From NCBI GenBank assembly GCA_003283025.1, contig QBYC01000001.1, positions 13,308 through 77,307 on the forward strand: 64,000 bases of DNA. The letters run 5' to 3'. Shown here one piece after another: positions 1 to 16,270 of this stretch (position 1 is its first letter; the number at the start of each line of letters is the position of its first letter). The notes under the pieces are model-generated. The model did not search any database. It had not been told where the DNA came from and saw only the letters and a list, made by a program, of their open reading frames with translations. A program made the translations under genes and the position numbers. Source of the stretch: Pelagibacteraceae bacterium AG-325-C03. Lineage in GTDB: Bacteria > Pseudomonadota > Alphaproteobacteria > Pelagibacterales > Pelagibacteraceae.

Positions 1-663
1 TACAAAGAATTAGTAGGTATCTCTAATAAATATAATAATAAAATTTATGAAATTGGGAATATTGTTAGAGAAGAGATAATCAACTTAAAAATATTTAGCA
101 ATAACAATAATATTATTCATGGTATTAAAATATTAGTGCTTGGAGGAAGCCAAGCGGCTAAAATTTTCGCTGAACAATTACCAGAAATTTTTGTTAGACT
201 TAAAAATATTAATATAAAAATTAAAGTTTATCAGCAATGCCAAAAAAATCAAAATGAGCAATTATCGGAATTTTATGAAAAAAATGGAATAAATTATAAT
301 ATTTTTAATTTTACAAATAAAATTATAGATTATTACTCTAAAGTAAATTTAGTTATTACAAGGTCTGGTGCCTCAGCTTTGGGTGAATTAGTTAATGTAG
401 GAATTCCTTTCATTTCTATTCCTTTACCGACATCAGCAGATAATCATCAATACAAAAACGCTGAGTTCTATCAAAATAAAGGCTGTGGGTTTTTATTAGA
501 AGAAAAAGATATAAAATTTAAATTATATAATTTAATCAACTCAATTTATAATGATAAATCGTTAATCGAAAAAATTTTATCTAATCAAAAACAATATTCT
601 GACAAAGAAATCTTTAAAAATTTGAGTAATCAAATAGAAAAAATTATAAATGATAAAAATTAA
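1..663 (+). CDS. murG: MurG glycosyltransferase, 5'-truncated by window edge
   Basis: Frame open from base 1; GGSQAA, ITRSGAS and DNHQYKNA motifs; precedes murC. Confidence 0.93.
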   Translation, partial: YKELVGISNKYNNKIYEIGNIVREEIINLKIFSNNNNIIHGIKILVLGGSQAAKIFAEQLPEIFVRLKNINIKIKVYQQCQKNQNEQLSEFYEKNGINYNIFNFTNKIIDYYSKVNLVITRSGASALGELVNVGIPFISIPLPTSADNHQYKNAEFYQNKGCGFLLEEKDIKFKLYNLINSIYNDKSLIEKILSNQKQYSDKEIFKNLSNQIEKIINDKN

Positions 664-2047
664 TTTAGGCAATAAAGATATAATTCATTTTGTTGGAATT
701 GGCGGCATTGGGATGAGTGGACTTGCTCAAATTATGAAAAATATGGGTTTTAGAGTTCAAGGCAGCGATTTAAATAAAAATAAAAATACTGCTAGCTGTT
801 TAAAATTAGGAATAAAAATATTTATTGGTCATTCTTCGAATAATTTAAAAAAAGTAACTATTTTAGTAAAATCTTCAGCTATCAAAAATAATAATACTGA
901 ATTAAAATATGCAAAAAAAAATAAAATTCCAATTTACTCAAGAGCAGAAGTTTTAGCGGATATTGTATCTTTGAAAAAAAATATCATAATTACAGGATCT
1001 CATGGTAAGACCACAACAACTTCTTTAGTTTCAAAAATTTTATCTGATCAAAATTTAGACCCAACTATTATCAATGGAGGTGTGATTAATTCTTTTAAAA
1101 GTAATGCTAAACTCGGAAAAGGCGATTGGGCAATACTAGAAGCAGATGAGTCAGACGGAAGTTTTTTAAAATTACCAATAAATTACTCGATAGTAACTAA
1201 TATTGACTATGAGCATTTAGACTTCTATAAAAATTATAAAAATTTAGAAAATTCATTTATAGAATTTATTAATAAAACTCCACCTACAGGAAAGTCAATA
1301 ATTTGTCTAGATAGTATCAATATTAGAAAAATTCTTAATAAAATCAAAAATAAAAATATATTAACTTACGGTGAAAATAAAAATGCTAAATATAAATTAA
1401 AAAAAATAAAATATAATCTTGATAGTACTTCTTTTAATTTAAGTTTTAAGGATAAAGATAATAAGCAAAAAAATATAAAAAACATTAATGTAAGATTACT
1501 TGGTAAGCACAACGCCCTGAATGCCGCCGCAGCTTTTATATTGTGCCACAATTTAGGTGCAAATTTAAATATAGCAAAAAAATCATTAAAAAACTTTTCA
1601 GGTGTTCAAAGAAGAATGACAAAAATTTTTACAAAAAATGAAAACGATTTCTATGATGACTATGCCCATCACCCAACTGAAATAAGCTCAATTTTAGATG
1701 GAGTTTATAATGTAAATCCCAAAAGAAAGATTGTTAGTATTTTTGAACCTCATAGATATTCCAGAGTTACATCTTTAAAAAAAGAGTTTTCAAAATGTTT
1801 CAGCAAGTCAAGTTTGGTAATCATATGTCCATTATATGCAGCTGGAGAAAAGAAAAATTTAAATTATGATCATTATAAATTTGCAAAATCAATTTCCAAA
1901 AATTCAAACACACAAGTAATTATTGCTAAGAACGAAATAGAGTTATGCAAATACTTGAAGAAAAATTTAATTAATGATGAAATAATTATAGGTATGGGTG
2001 CAGGTTTAATTTCTAAATGGATAGGAGAACTAAAATTTTCATTATGA
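650..2047 (+). CDS. murC: UDP-N-acetylmuramate--L-alanine ligase
   Basis: HFVGIGGIGMSG, GSHGKTTT, EADESDGSF, DDYAHHPTE motifs. Confidence 0.97.
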   Translation: MIKINLGNKDIIHFVGIGGIGMSGLAQIMKNMGFRVQGSDLNKNKNTASCLKLGIKIFIGHSSNNLKKVTILVKSSAIKNNNTELKYAKKNKIPIYSRAEVLADIVSLKKNIIITGSHGKTTTTSLVSKILSDQNLDPTIINGGVINSFKSNAKLGKGDWAILEADESDGSFLKLPINYSIVTNIDYEHLDFYKNYKNLENSFIEFINKTPPTGKSIICLDSINIRKILNKIKNKNILTYGENKNAKYKLKKIKYNLDSTSFNLSFKDKDNKQKNIKNINVRLLGKHNALNAAAAFILCHNLGANLNIAKKSLKNFSGVQRRMTKIFTKNENDFYDDYAHHPTEISSILDGVYNVNPKRKIVSIFEPHRYSRVTSLKKEFSKCFSKSSLVIICPLYAAGEKKNLNYDHYKFAKSISKNSNTQVIIAKNEIELCKYLKKNLINDEIIIGMGAGLISKWIGELKFSL

Positions 2048-2949
2048 ATACTACTATAGATTTTCTAGAAAAATTTAAAGACAATCTAACTAAAAATGTT
2101 GATCTTTCAAATTACAGTTGGTTTAATCTAGGCGGAAAAGCAGATTTCTTTTATAAAGCTAAAGATAAAAATCAATTAATCGAATTTCTTTATGAAACAA
2201 AAAAAAAAAAATTAAAAACTACAATTTTAGGCGCAGGTTCTAATATTCTTTTTAGAGATAACGGTGTTAGAGGAGCAGTTATAAAATTAGGAAAAAGTTT
2301 TTCTTATACAAAATTAATAGGAGATAAGATTTTGGAGGTTGGTGCATCTACTCTTGATCGTAAAGTGGCTAACTTCGCTAAGGACAAAAATATTAGCAAT
2401 TTTGAATTCTTATCTTGTATACCAGGATCAATTGGGGGCGCTATTGTAATGAACAGTGGATGTTATGATAATGATATTTCAAAAATTTTATTATCAATCA
2501 GTGCAATTGATATAAACACTCTCACTGAAATTAAAGTTAAAAAAAAGGATATAAATTTTTTTTACAGAGGAACTAATTTACCAAATAATTTGATTATTAC
2601 ATCAGCTGAATTTCAAGGCTCAATAAGTGAAAAAAATGAAATAGAGAAAAAACAAAATAATTTTATTGAAAGAAAAAAATTATCGCAACCAAGTCAAATA
2701 AAGACTTGTGGAAGTACATTTAAAAATATTAGCAAAACGCGAAAAGCTTGGATGTTGATCAAAGAAGCAGGTTGCGAAAATCTTAGTGAGGGTGAAGCAA
2801 GTATTTCAAATAAACATTGTAATTTTTTTGTAAATAATGGTGACGCTAAATCTTCAGATATTGAAAATTTAATCAAAAAAGTAAAAAATAAGGTTTTGCA
2901 AAAAACTGGAGTAAATTTAGAACTAGAGGTTAAAATTATTGGTGAATAA
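2044..2949 (+). CDS. murB: UDP-N-acetylenolpyruvoylglucosamine reductase
   Basis: GAGSNIL, IPGSIGGAIVMNSG, GSTFKN, KHCNF motifs; ATG 2044 overlaps the murC stop. Confidence 0.95.
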   Translation: MNTTIDFLEKFKDNLTKNVDLSNYSWFNLGGKADFFYKAKDKNQLIEFLYETKKKKLKTTILGAGSNILFRDNGVRGAVIKLGKSFSYTKLIGDKILEVGASTLDRKVANFAKDKNISNFEFLSCIPGSIGGAIVMNSGCYDNDISKILLSISAIDINTLTEIKVKKKDINFFYRGTNLPNNLIITSAEFQGSISEKNEIEKKQNNFIERKKLSQPSQIKTCGSTFKNISKTRKAWMLIKEAGCENLSEGEASISNKHCNFFVNNGDAKSSDIENLIKKVKNKVLQKTGVNLELEVKIIGE

Positions 2950-3880
2950 AAAAAAATTTAAAAATGTTTTAGTAGTTTTAGGTGGAACGTCAGGAGAAAG
3001 AACCGTTAGTTTAGAGAGCGGAAGGGCTTGTATAAAAGCTCTTAAAAAAAAAAAATATAAAGTTTCATCATTTGATCCTAAATTTAAAAGTTTCAATTTT
3101 ATTGATAAAAAAAAAATAGATGTAATTTTTAATGCATTACATGGAAGAGATGGAGAGGATGGAATCGCTCAGAGTTATTTTGAATATTTGCAGATTCCTT
3201 ACACTCACTCTGGAGTAGTTAGTTCTTTTAATGCAATGAATAAAGCCTATTCAAAAAAAGTATTCATTAAAAATAATATTAAAACTCCAAAATTTATTTT
3301 AGTAAATAAATCTCTTTATAAAAAAAAAAAAATAGAAAATTTAATTAAAAATAAAAAAATTAATTTACCTATTGTAGCAAAACCTAACAATGAAGGATCT
3401 AGTTTAGGTGTAGAGATTTGTAAGAATAAAGCTAAATTATTTAAATCAATTAAACGTCTTTTAAAACAATACGAAGAAATATTATTAGAGGAATACATTG
3501 CCGGGCAAGAGGTTCAGGTTGCAGTTATAAATGGAAAATCACTTGGTGCAATTGAACTTATTCCAAAAAGATTATTTTATGATTATAAAGCTAAATATAC
3601 AAAAAAGGCAAAGACCAAACATGTGATGCCAGCTAAATTATCAAAAAATAAATATAACGAAGTTTTAAAAATTGCAAAAAAAACACATAAAGCCCTTCAC
3701 TGTAGAGGAGTTACTAGATCAGATTTTAAATTTTATGAAAATACGTTTTATCTACTCGAAATTAATACACAACCAGGTATGACAAGCTTATCTTTAGTCC
3801 CTGAAATTGCAAAATATATGGGTTTGAGCTTTGAAAATTTAGTCGAAAAAATTCTATTAGACGCAAGTGTTAATAGATGA
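2942..3880 (+). CDS. ddl: D-alanine--D-alanine ligase
   Basis: GGTSGERTVSL, FNALHGRDGEDG, LEINTQPGMT motifs; start approximate. Confidence 0.96.
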   Translation: MNKKKFKNVLVVLGGTSGERTVSLESGRACIKALKKKKYKVSSFDPKFKSFNFIDKKKIDVIFNALHGRDGEDGIAQSYFEYLQIPYTHSGVVSSFNAMNKAYSKKVFIKNNIKTPKFILVNKSLYKKKKIENLIKNKKINLPIVAKPNNEGSSLGVEICKNKAKLFKSIKRLLKQYEEILLEEYIAGQEVQVAVINGKSLGAIELIPKRLFYDYKAKYTKKAKTKHVMPAKLSKNKYNEVLKIAKKTHKALHCRGVTRSDFKFYENTFYLLEINTQPGMTSLSLVPEIAKYMGLSFENLVEKILLDASVNR

Positions 3881-4533
3881 AAAAAAAAGTATTGATATCA
3901 TTAATACTATTAGTATTATTGACAACAATTACCTCGCAACAAAAAGTTGTCATTTCAAAATTTAACTTAAGTAAAATAAAAATTGAAAATAATTTTTTAG
4001 TGAGTGAGGAAGATATTAAGAAGTCACTATCTTCAATTTATAATAAAAATCTTTTTTTTTTAGACCATAAAAAAATCGAAAAAGTGTTAACAAATAATAG
4101 TTTTATAGAAGGCTTTAAAATAAAAAAAATATATCCAAATACTTTAAAAATCGAAATTTTTGAAAAAAAACCTATCGCAATTATATTTGATAAAAAAAAA
4201 AAATATTATCTAAGTGACAAAATTGATTTAATTGAATTTGTCTCCATACAAGATTATGATAATTTACCATTAGTACTTGGGAGCAAGGATAAATTTAGAG
4301 ATTTTTATAACGATCTTAGAAAAATAAACTTTCCTATAAATTTAATTGAAAAGTATATTTTTTATGAATCAAATAGGTGGGATATTGAAATCAATAATAA
4401 AAAATTGATAAAACTACCTATTAAGAATTACTTAAAAAGTTTGGAAAACTATTTAGATTTAATTAATAATCATAATTTTAATAAATATAAAATTTTTGAT
4501 TATAGAATAGAAAATCAAATAGTAATAAAATAA
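3877..4533 (+). CDS. ftsQ: Cell division protein FtsQ (divergent)
   Basis: N-terminal TM segment, POTRA-like KKIYPNTLKIEIFEKKPIA, C-terminal DYR; position after ddl. Confidence 0.85.
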   Translation: MKKKVLISLILLVLLTTITSQQKVVISKFNLSKIKIENNFLVSEEDIKKSLSSIYNKNLFFLDHKKIEKVLTNNSFIEGFKIKKIYPNTLKIEIFEKKPIAIIFDKKKKYYLSDKIDLIEFVSIQDYDNLPLVLGSKDKFRDFYNDLRKINFPINLIEKYIFYESNRWDIEINNKKLIKLPIKNYLKSLENYLDLINNHNFNKYKIFDYRIENQIVIK

Positions 4534-4535
4534 TT

Positions 4536-5729
4536 ATGGAAAATTTTTCCCCAGTTCTTTATTTAGTGTTAAGTAAATCAAATATTATTTTTGTTGCAGC
4601 AGAACGTAATGAACAAAATAATTTAAAAATTATTTATAAATTTAAAGAACTAATTAATTGCATTGATAATAATAGAATTTCAGATTTTAATAAATTTTTT
4701 AATTCAATTAAAAAAAATGTTTATCATATTGAACAAAAACTAAATTTTACATTTAAAGAATTAACACTAATTATAGATAACCTTGACTCCACAAATATTA
4801 ATTTATCTGGGTATAAAAAATTAAATGGATCTCAGATATTGAGAGAAAATATTACTTATATTATAAATTCATTGAAGGCTTATGTAGATAATACTGAAAA
4901 GAAAAAAACAATAATTCATATATTTAATTCAAAATATATTTTAGATTATAAAAAACTCGATAATTTACCAATAGGGTTGTTCGGAGATTTTTATTCTCAT
5001 GAGTTATCCTTTTCACTCATAAATACAAGTGATTACAAAAATTTAAAAAATGCTTTTGCTAATTGTAATTTAAAATTAAAAAAAATCTTGTTAAAAAACT
5101 TTGTTATTGGAGCCTATATAAGCAATGAGCACAAAAATTTAGAAACATTTTTTCAAATCAGAATCAATAAAAAAGACTCTCAAATTTTTTTTTTTGAAAA
5201 CGCTTCTCTTAAACATGAACAAAATTTTAAATTTGGATCTGAAATAATACTTAAAGACATATCAAAAATTACATCTCTTAAAATTAATACTATAAAAAAA
5301 ATTTTAAATAAAACTCAATTTAATAATTTATCCAGTGAGGAGTTAATTGAAAAAGATTTCTTTGAAGAGACTAATTATATAAAGATTAAAAAAAAACTAA
5401 TTTATGAAATCATCTTGGCCAGGATTGAAGAAATTTCTGAGATAATAATCTTTAAAAATATTAATTTTAGATATTATGACAATAAAATAAAATTCCTTTT
5501 TTTAGATATTAACGATGAATTTGATAATGAATGTTTGAAAGATACTTTCAAAAAGATTTTTTCATTTAATAATAGAATAAAAGTTACACTCTCAAACAAT
5601 TTATCTAGTGAAAATTTGATTAAAACCGCAGATAGACTTGTTCACTTTGGTTGGAAAAAAGAAGCAATTCCTGTAACTAAATCTAAAAAATCCCTGGTAG
5701 CTCGATTTTTTGAGAGTTTATTTGGTTAA
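4536..5729 (+). CDS. ftsA: Divergent FtsA-like protein
   Basis: Position after ftsQ; 1C-domain-like IIHIF..YILD...PIG; IILARIEEI; C-terminal amphipathic ARFFESLFG; ATP-binding motifs degenerate. Confidence 0.75.
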   Translation: MENFSPVLYLVLSKSNIIFVAAERNEQNNLKIIYKFKELINCIDNNRISDFNKFFNSIKKNVYHIEQKLNFTFKELTLIIDNLDSTNINLSGYKKLNGSQILRENITYIINSLKAYVDNTEKKKTIIHIFNSKYILDYKKLDNLPIGLFGDFYSHELSFSLINTSDYKNLKNAFANCNLKLKKILLKNFVIGAYISNEHKNLETFFQIRINKKDSQIFFFENASLKHEQNFKFGSEIILKDISKITSLKINTIKKILNKTQFNNLSSEELIEKDFFEETNYIKIKKKLIYEIILARIEEISEIIIFKNINFRYYDNKIKFLFLDINDEFDNECLKDTFKKIFSFNNRIKVTLSNNLSSENLIKTADRLVHFGWKKEAIPVTKSKKSLVARFFESLFG

Positions 5730-5796
5730 TACCTGTTATTTTTAGTAATAATAGTTGTCTTAAGATCTAATCACATTTTCACTATAAAAATAGTTC

Positions 5797-6720
5797 ATGA
5801 AAGAAATTTATCAAAAAACAGTAGCTAAACCAATCATATTTGTTGGTAAAGGATTGCATTCGGGTAAAATTTCAAAAATCACAATTTTACCAGGTGAAGA
5901 AGACCAAGGAGTGATTTTTAAAAGAGTTGATTTAAAAGATAATAATTTGATCAAAGCAAATTACAAAAATGTTTCTTCAGCCGTATTGTGCACGACTTTA
6001 GAAAATAAACATGGTGTCAAAGTATCAACAGTAGAGCATTTATTAGCAGCATTTTATATATCTGGAATTGATAATGCTTTAGTAGAAATAAATTCTCAAG
6101 AAATTCCAATAATGGATGGATCTTCTAAAGAATTTTTAAAAGTAATAAATAAAACAAAAATTAAAAAACAAAATAGCAAGAGAAAATACCTGAGAATTTT
6201 GAAAAAAATAAAATTAATAGACGGAGAAAGAGAAATATCTTTGGAACCAAATAAAACATCTCTAGAAGTAGATTTTCAACTTGATTATAATAATAAAATT
6301 ATCGGAAACCAAAGAAATATAATTAACTTTCAAACAGATAATTTAGATGAAATTATAGAAGCAAGAACTTTCTGCTTATTCGAAGATATAGAAAAAATAA
6401 AAAAAAATGGATTAGCAAAAGGAGGCTCCTTAGATAACGCAGTTGTAGTTGCTAAAGATAAAATTTTAAATGTAAACGGATTAAGAAATAACAAAGAATT
6501 TGTGAATCATAAAATTTTAGATTTAGCAGGTGATTTTTTTCTTTCTGGATTCAGGGTTGAAGGAAGTGTAAAATGTTATCAAGGTGGACATAAGCTAACA
6601 AACATGTTTCTTAGAAAATTATTAAGCTCCAATTTTATAAAATTATATTCTAAAAATAATGAAGATGCTATTTCAAAAAAAAATTTAAGTAATTATACAA
6701 AATTAGCAGTTAACGCTTAA
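5797..6720 (+). CDS. lpxC: UDP-3-O-acyl-GlcNAc deacetylase
   Basis: GKGLHSG, TVEHLLAA, EIPIMDGS, HKILDLAGD motifs. Confidence 0.97.
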   Translation: MKEIYQKTVAKPIIFVGKGLHSGKISKITILPGEEDQGVIFKRVDLKDNNLIKANYKNVSSAVLCTTLENKHGVKVSTVEHLLAAFYISGIDNALVEINSQEIPIMDGSSKEFLKVINKTKIKKQNSKRKYLRILKKIKLIDGEREISLEPNKTSLEVDFQLDYNNKIIGNQRNIINFQTDNLDEIIEARTFCLFEDIEKIKKNGLAKGGSLDNAVVVAKDKILNVNGLRNNKEFVNHKILDLAGDFFLSGFRVEGSVKCYQGGHKLTNMFLRKLLSSNFIKLYSKNNEDAISKKNLSNYTKLAVNA

Positions 6721-6768
6721 CTTAAAATAAAATATATTAATTTTATTTGTTATGATATTAATAAGATT

Positions 6769-11329
<4,561 letters not shown>

Positions 11330-11342
<13 letters not shown>

Positions 11343-13375
11343 TTCAGCATTTTATTCTTTTTATATCTATCCCACCCAGGACTTCTATACTCCTCATCAA
11401 ACTCAATCGAATTATCTTGATTGAAATCAAAGTCATCTACCTCATTAATACCTGTCTCGTTTTTTTCCACACTTTCATCTGGTATTTCATTAATAAATCT
11501 TGATGGTAAGGCGTCCATCCAATCTCCATGAAAAGCTCTTTTCATTGCAAAAGATAAATAAGCCTCTTTTTTTGCTCTTGTTATACCTACGTATGCTAAT
11601 CTTCTTTCTTCCTCCAAAGCAAAGTCTCCTTTTTCTTCCAAAGATTTTTGATGAGGAAATAAACCCTCTTCCCAACCTGGAAGAAAAACTACATCAAACT
11701 CTAATCCTTTTGCAGCATGCATAGTCATAAGATTTATTTTTGCACCTTCCCACTCCTGATCTATTGAAGTTGCTAAGGCCACATGTTCTAAAAAATTTTG
11801 TAAATTATCATAGTCTTGCATTGCTCTAAGCAATTCTTTTAAATTTTCTAATCGATTTTCATTTTCTAGATTTTTTTTATCCTTTAACATTAAAGAATAT
11901 CCTGACTCATCTAATATTATCTTTAATAAATCAAAATGTTTTATATTTTGTTTATCTTTACGCCACTTATGAATCATATCAATGAGTTGCTGAAGCGCTG
12001 TTTTTATTTTAGGTTTAAACTCTCCCTTTTCTATAATTTTGATAATAGAGTCTTCTAGACATAATTTATTTTCTTTACCAAATGTATAAATTTGATTAAG
12101 AGTGCTTTCACCTACACCTCTTTTAGGAACACCTATAACTCTCTCCAAAGCTAAATCATCATATTTCTGATTAATAATTCTTAAATAAGATATGGCATCT
12201 TTAATTTCTGCTCTTTCATAAAATTTAATACCTCCTAGGACTCTATATCCAATACCTACTTGAAGAAATCTTTCTTCAAATTCTCTAGTTTGATAAATCG
12301 CCCTTACAAGTATCGAGACGTTATTAAAAGAATATTTTTTTTTTATTTTTTGTTCAATAATATCGCTTACACCTTGTGCTTCTTCTTTTCCTGTTCTGTA
12401 ACAATTTAGTTTTACCAACTCACCCTGACTTGCCGAAGACCATAATTTTTTACCTACTCTATTTGAATTATTAGAGATTAAATTGGAAGCTGTTTTCAAA
12501 ATATTTTTCGTTGATCTATAGTTTTGCTCAAGTTTGAAAACTTTACAATTTTTATATATTTTATCAAATGTAAGGAAATTCTTAATTTCAGCCCCTCTCC
12601 AACTGTAAATTGATTGATCATCATCACCCACACAACAAATGTTTTCTCTTTCGTTAACTAAAAAATTTAACCATTTGTTTTGAATAAAATTAGTATCTTG
12701 AAATTCATCTACTAGAATATACTTAAAGTTTTTTTGATATATCTCTTTTATATCTTTATGTTCCTCAAAAAGCTTCACGCTAAATAAAATCAAATCACCA
12801 AAATCAAATGCATTTAAATCTTTAGTTTTGTTTTGATATGTTTCATAAACTTTTAATATTGATTTAATTATCGAATTTGTTTTTTTTAATTTCACATCTT
12901 TAGGTAATAGACCTTTGTTTTTCCAATGATCAATATGATACATTATTAATTGAGGAGAAAATTTTTTAGCATCTAAATTTTCGCCTTTTACTATATTTCT
13001 TATCAGTTTTTTTTGATCGTCAGTATCTAGGATTGTAAAATTACTTTTATAATCTAGTGCTTCAGCATGTCTTCTTAAAATTTTTACACTTATAGAATGA
13101 AAAGTTCCAAGCCAAGGAACAGCATTGGAACTTCCTTTCAAATAATGCAAAACTCTATTTTGCATTTCCTTCGCAGCCTTATTTGTAAAAGTCACACACA
13201 ATATTTGATTAGGCCATGCTTTTTTTTGGTTTATAATATGAATTAGTCTAGTGGTTAAAACCCTAGTTTTTCCAGAACCAGCTCCAGCCACAATTAGGTT
13301 GGGTCCCTCTGTGCTTAAAACAGCTTCTTTTTGCTCTTTGTTAAGGTTTTCAATTAAAGTATCTATGTTATTCAT
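11330..13375 (-). CDS. uvrD: ATP-dependent DNA helicase UvrD/PcrA
   Basis: AGAGSGKT, VDEFQDTN, VGDDDQSIY, LEQNYRS, TMHAAKGLEF motifs. Confidence 0.95.
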
Positions 13376-13417
13376 AAGAGGAATTTCATTTATATACTAA
13401 TTATAAAAATAAAAAAA

Positions 13418-14821
13418 ATGTTAAATAAATTTTTCAAAATAATTTATAATAAGAGTTATAGTTTTTTTAGGTTTATTTTTTTTTTAAGATTTTTATTCAC
13501 GGTATTTTTTGTTTCTTTCCTATTATTTTTAATTATTCCTAATTTTTTTAATTATGAAAAAAAAGCAAGTGTTATTTTAGATAAGTTAAATCAAAATTAT
13601 AATTTAAAAATAGATAAATATGAAACAATTAAGTTTAAATCTTTTCCAACACCAAGATTTGAACTTAAAAATGTTTCAGCATATATAAACAAATCCGACA
13701 TAAAAATTGACACAAAAAATTTAAAGATATTTCCAAATTTCTTAACTATTTATAATTTTGACAAATTTCAAATTAAAAAAATAATTTTAAAAAAAAATAA
13801 TGTTGCTTTAGAGACTTCAAATTTAAATTATTTTATTAATGAATTATTGAAAAAAAAAAATAAACTATCTGTAGAAAATTTAGATATTGAAATTAAAAAA
13901 AAAAAAAAACTAATAGTTAAACTAGAAAATATAAAATTTACAAATTATGGATCAAAGCTTAATATAATCGAAGGAAAAATCTTTAAAAAAAAATTTAAAG
14001 TAAAACTAAAAGATAACTTTAAAAATTTAAAATTTACTCTAATTAACTCTGGAATGGATGTTGATATTAATCTTGATGAAAATAAAAACTCAAACTTAAT
14101 AAGCGGTATATTTAAAACAAAAATACTTAATACAAATATAAAATTTAATTTTGATTATAATCAAAAAGTATTAAACATTGATAACACTGTTTTTAGAAGT
14201 AAATATTTATCATTTAAAAATAATAATGTAATTTTTTTAGAACCATTTTTAGACATGAGATCCAGTTTTGATATTAATCAAATTGATTTTCAAATGTTAA
14301 AAAAAATAAACTTTAAAAAAATTTTAGAAAAAAGAAATATTATTAAAAAAATTAATAGCAAAAATGAAATTAAATTTAAATCAGAAAAATTTAGCCGCGA
14401 TCTAATTGATGAACTTAGCCTAAAAATTAGCTTAGCTTATGGACGAATGAGTTATGTAAAAAAAATCTTAATATCTGAAAACCTTATTCAATGTAAAGGC
14501 GATACTAATCTGCTGGATGAGTACCCATTAATCTTTTTTAATTGCTCATTGATTTCAGAAAATAAACAAAAGCTTTTAAAAGAATTTAATATTAAATCTA
14601 AAAATAAAGATAAAAATTTAGAAATAAGTATTAAGGGCAATCTCAATATTCTAAATAAAAAAATTAACTTTAAAAAAATCGAAATTAATCAAAATTACAA
14701 AGCGTCAAAAGAAGATCTTATTTATTTTAAGAATGCTTTTGAAAACATACTTTTCAATGAAACTTTTATCCAAATTTTTAATTTAAAAAAAATAAAAAAA
14801 TTTATTTTAGAAATATCGTAG
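13418..14821 (+). CDS. Hypothetical Lys/Asn-rich membrane-anchored protein, AsmA-like
   Basis: 467-aa ORF, single N-terminal TM followed by a beta-rich region; family assignment tentative. Confidence 0.55.
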   Translation: MLNKFFKIIYNKSYSFFRFIFFLRFLFTVFFVSFLLFLIIPNFFNYEKKASVILDKLNQNYNLKIDKYETIKFKSFPTPRFELKNVSAYINKSDIKIDTKNLKIFPNFLTIYNFDKFQIKKIILKKNNVALETSNLNYFINELLKKKNKLSVENLDIEIKKKKKLIVKLENIKFTNYGSKLNIIEGKIFKKKFKVKLKDNFKNLKFTLINSGMDVDINLDENKNSNLISGIFKTKILNTNIKFNFDYNQKVLNIDNTVFRSKYLSFKNNNVIFLEPFLDMRSSFDINQIDFQMLKKINFKKILEKRNIIKKINSKNEIKFKSEKFSRDLIDELSLKISLAYGRMSYVKKILISENLIQCKGDTNLLDEYPLIFFNCSLISENKQKLLKEFNIKSKNKDKNLEISIKGNLNILNKKINFKKIEINQNYKASKEDLIYFKNAFENILFNETFIQIFNLKKIKKFILEIS

Positions 14822-16210
14822 TTATTTAGGTTTTGTCATCATTAAAGGATTCATAATTTTATCGTATTCTTTTTCCTTTACTAATCCTGATTTTATAACT
14901 TCTTGTTTTAAAGTTGTTCCATTTTTGTAAGCCGTTTTTGCTATATGAGCTGCTTTGTCATAACCAATCTTTGGTGCAAGAGATGTAACTAACATTAGAG
15001 AATTATCTAACAATTGTTTTATTCTTTTTTTATTTGCTTTAATTCCTTTTACACAATACATCGCAAAAGTTTTTGATGAGTCGCTCATTATTTCAATCGA
15101 CTGCAAAATATTATGAATTATTAACGGTTTAAAAACATTTAACTCAAAATGTCCGTGAGAACCTGCCATTGTAATTCCATTATGATTTCCAATTACTTTT
15201 ACACAAACCATAGTAACCGCCTCAGATTGTGTTGGATTAACTTTACCTGGCATTATAGACGAACCTGGTTCATTTGATGGAAGAATGAGCTCACCATAAC
15301 CAGCTCTAGGACCAGAGCCTAAAAATCTAATATCGTTTGCAATTTTCATTAAACAAACTGCTGTAGTATTTAATGTTCCGGAAAAATTTACGATTTCATC
15401 ATGGGCTGCTAAAGCTGCAAATTTATTTACAGCTGTTTTAAATGGAATTTTTGTAATTTTACTTATTTCTTTAATAATGTTTTTGTCAAAATTTCTTCTA
15501 GTGTTAAGACCAGTTCCAACTGCAGTTCCTCCTTGAGCTAATTGATAAATTTCTTTCAAAGCATTTTCTATTCTAACAATGGATTTTTTTAGTTGAGAAT
15601 GGTAGCCTGAAAATTCTTGACCTAATGTTAAAGGAGTTGCATCTTGTAGATGCGTCCTTCCAACTTTGACTATGCTTTTAAATTCTTTAGATTTTTTTTT
15701 TAATTCTTTTTCTAGAAGTTTTAATGATGGCAAAAGTTTTTCCTTTGCCTTTATAGCTATAGCAATGTGCATAGCTGTTGGAAATACATCATTAGTAGAC
15801 TGAGATTTATTTACATGATCATTTGGATGAACTGGTTTCTTTGATCCTAACTCGCCTCCCATCATTTCGATTGCTCTGTTAGCTATCACCTCATTAACAT
15901 TCATGTTAGTTTGTGTACCAGAGCCGGTCTGCCATACTTTAAGCGGAAAATGAGTATCGTGTTTACCTTTAATTACTTCATCTGCAGCTTTAATTATGAA
16001 TTTACTTATTTTTGGGTCTAAATCTTTATTTTTAGTATTCACTATTGCAGCAGCCTTTTTAATGACTGCTATAGAGTGAATTACCAAAGGTCTCACTAAA
16101 AAATCACCTATGTTGAAATACTTATTAGATCTTTCTGTGGAAGCGCCCCAATACTTATCACCAGGAACTTTAATTTTACCAATACTATCGAATTCTGTTC
16201 TATATTTCAT
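14822..16210 (-). CDS. fumC: Class II fumarate hydratase
   Basis: [31 protein letters not shown]; start at MKYRTEFDS (16210). Confidence 0.97.
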   Translation of the reverse strand: MKYRTEFDSIGKIKVPGDKYWGASTERSNKYFNIGDFLVRPLVIHSIAVIKKAAAIVNTKNKDLDPKISKFIIKAADEVIKGKHDTHFPLKVWQTGSGTQTNMNVNEVIANRAIEMMGGELGSKKPVHPNDHVNKSQSTNDVFPTAMHIAIAIKAKEKLLPSLKLLEKELKKKSKEFKSIVKVGRTHLQDATPLTLGQEFSGYHSQLKKSIVRIENALKEIYQLAQGGTAVGTGLNTRRNFDKNIIKEISKITKIPFKTAVNKFAALAAHDEIVNFSGTLNTTAVCLMKIANDIRFLGSGPRAGYGELILPSNEPGSSIMPGKVNPTQSEAVTMVCVKVIGNHNGITMAGSHGHFELNVFKPLIIHNILQSIEIMSDSSKTFAMYCVKGIKANKKRIKQLLDNSLMLVTSLAPKIGYDKAAHIAKTAYKNGTTLKQEVIKSGLVKEKEYDKIMNPLMMTKPK

Positions 16211-16270
16211 AATTGATTCATTGATATAATACACCTTTATTAAATAATTATAAAATATAAAGGATAAAAA

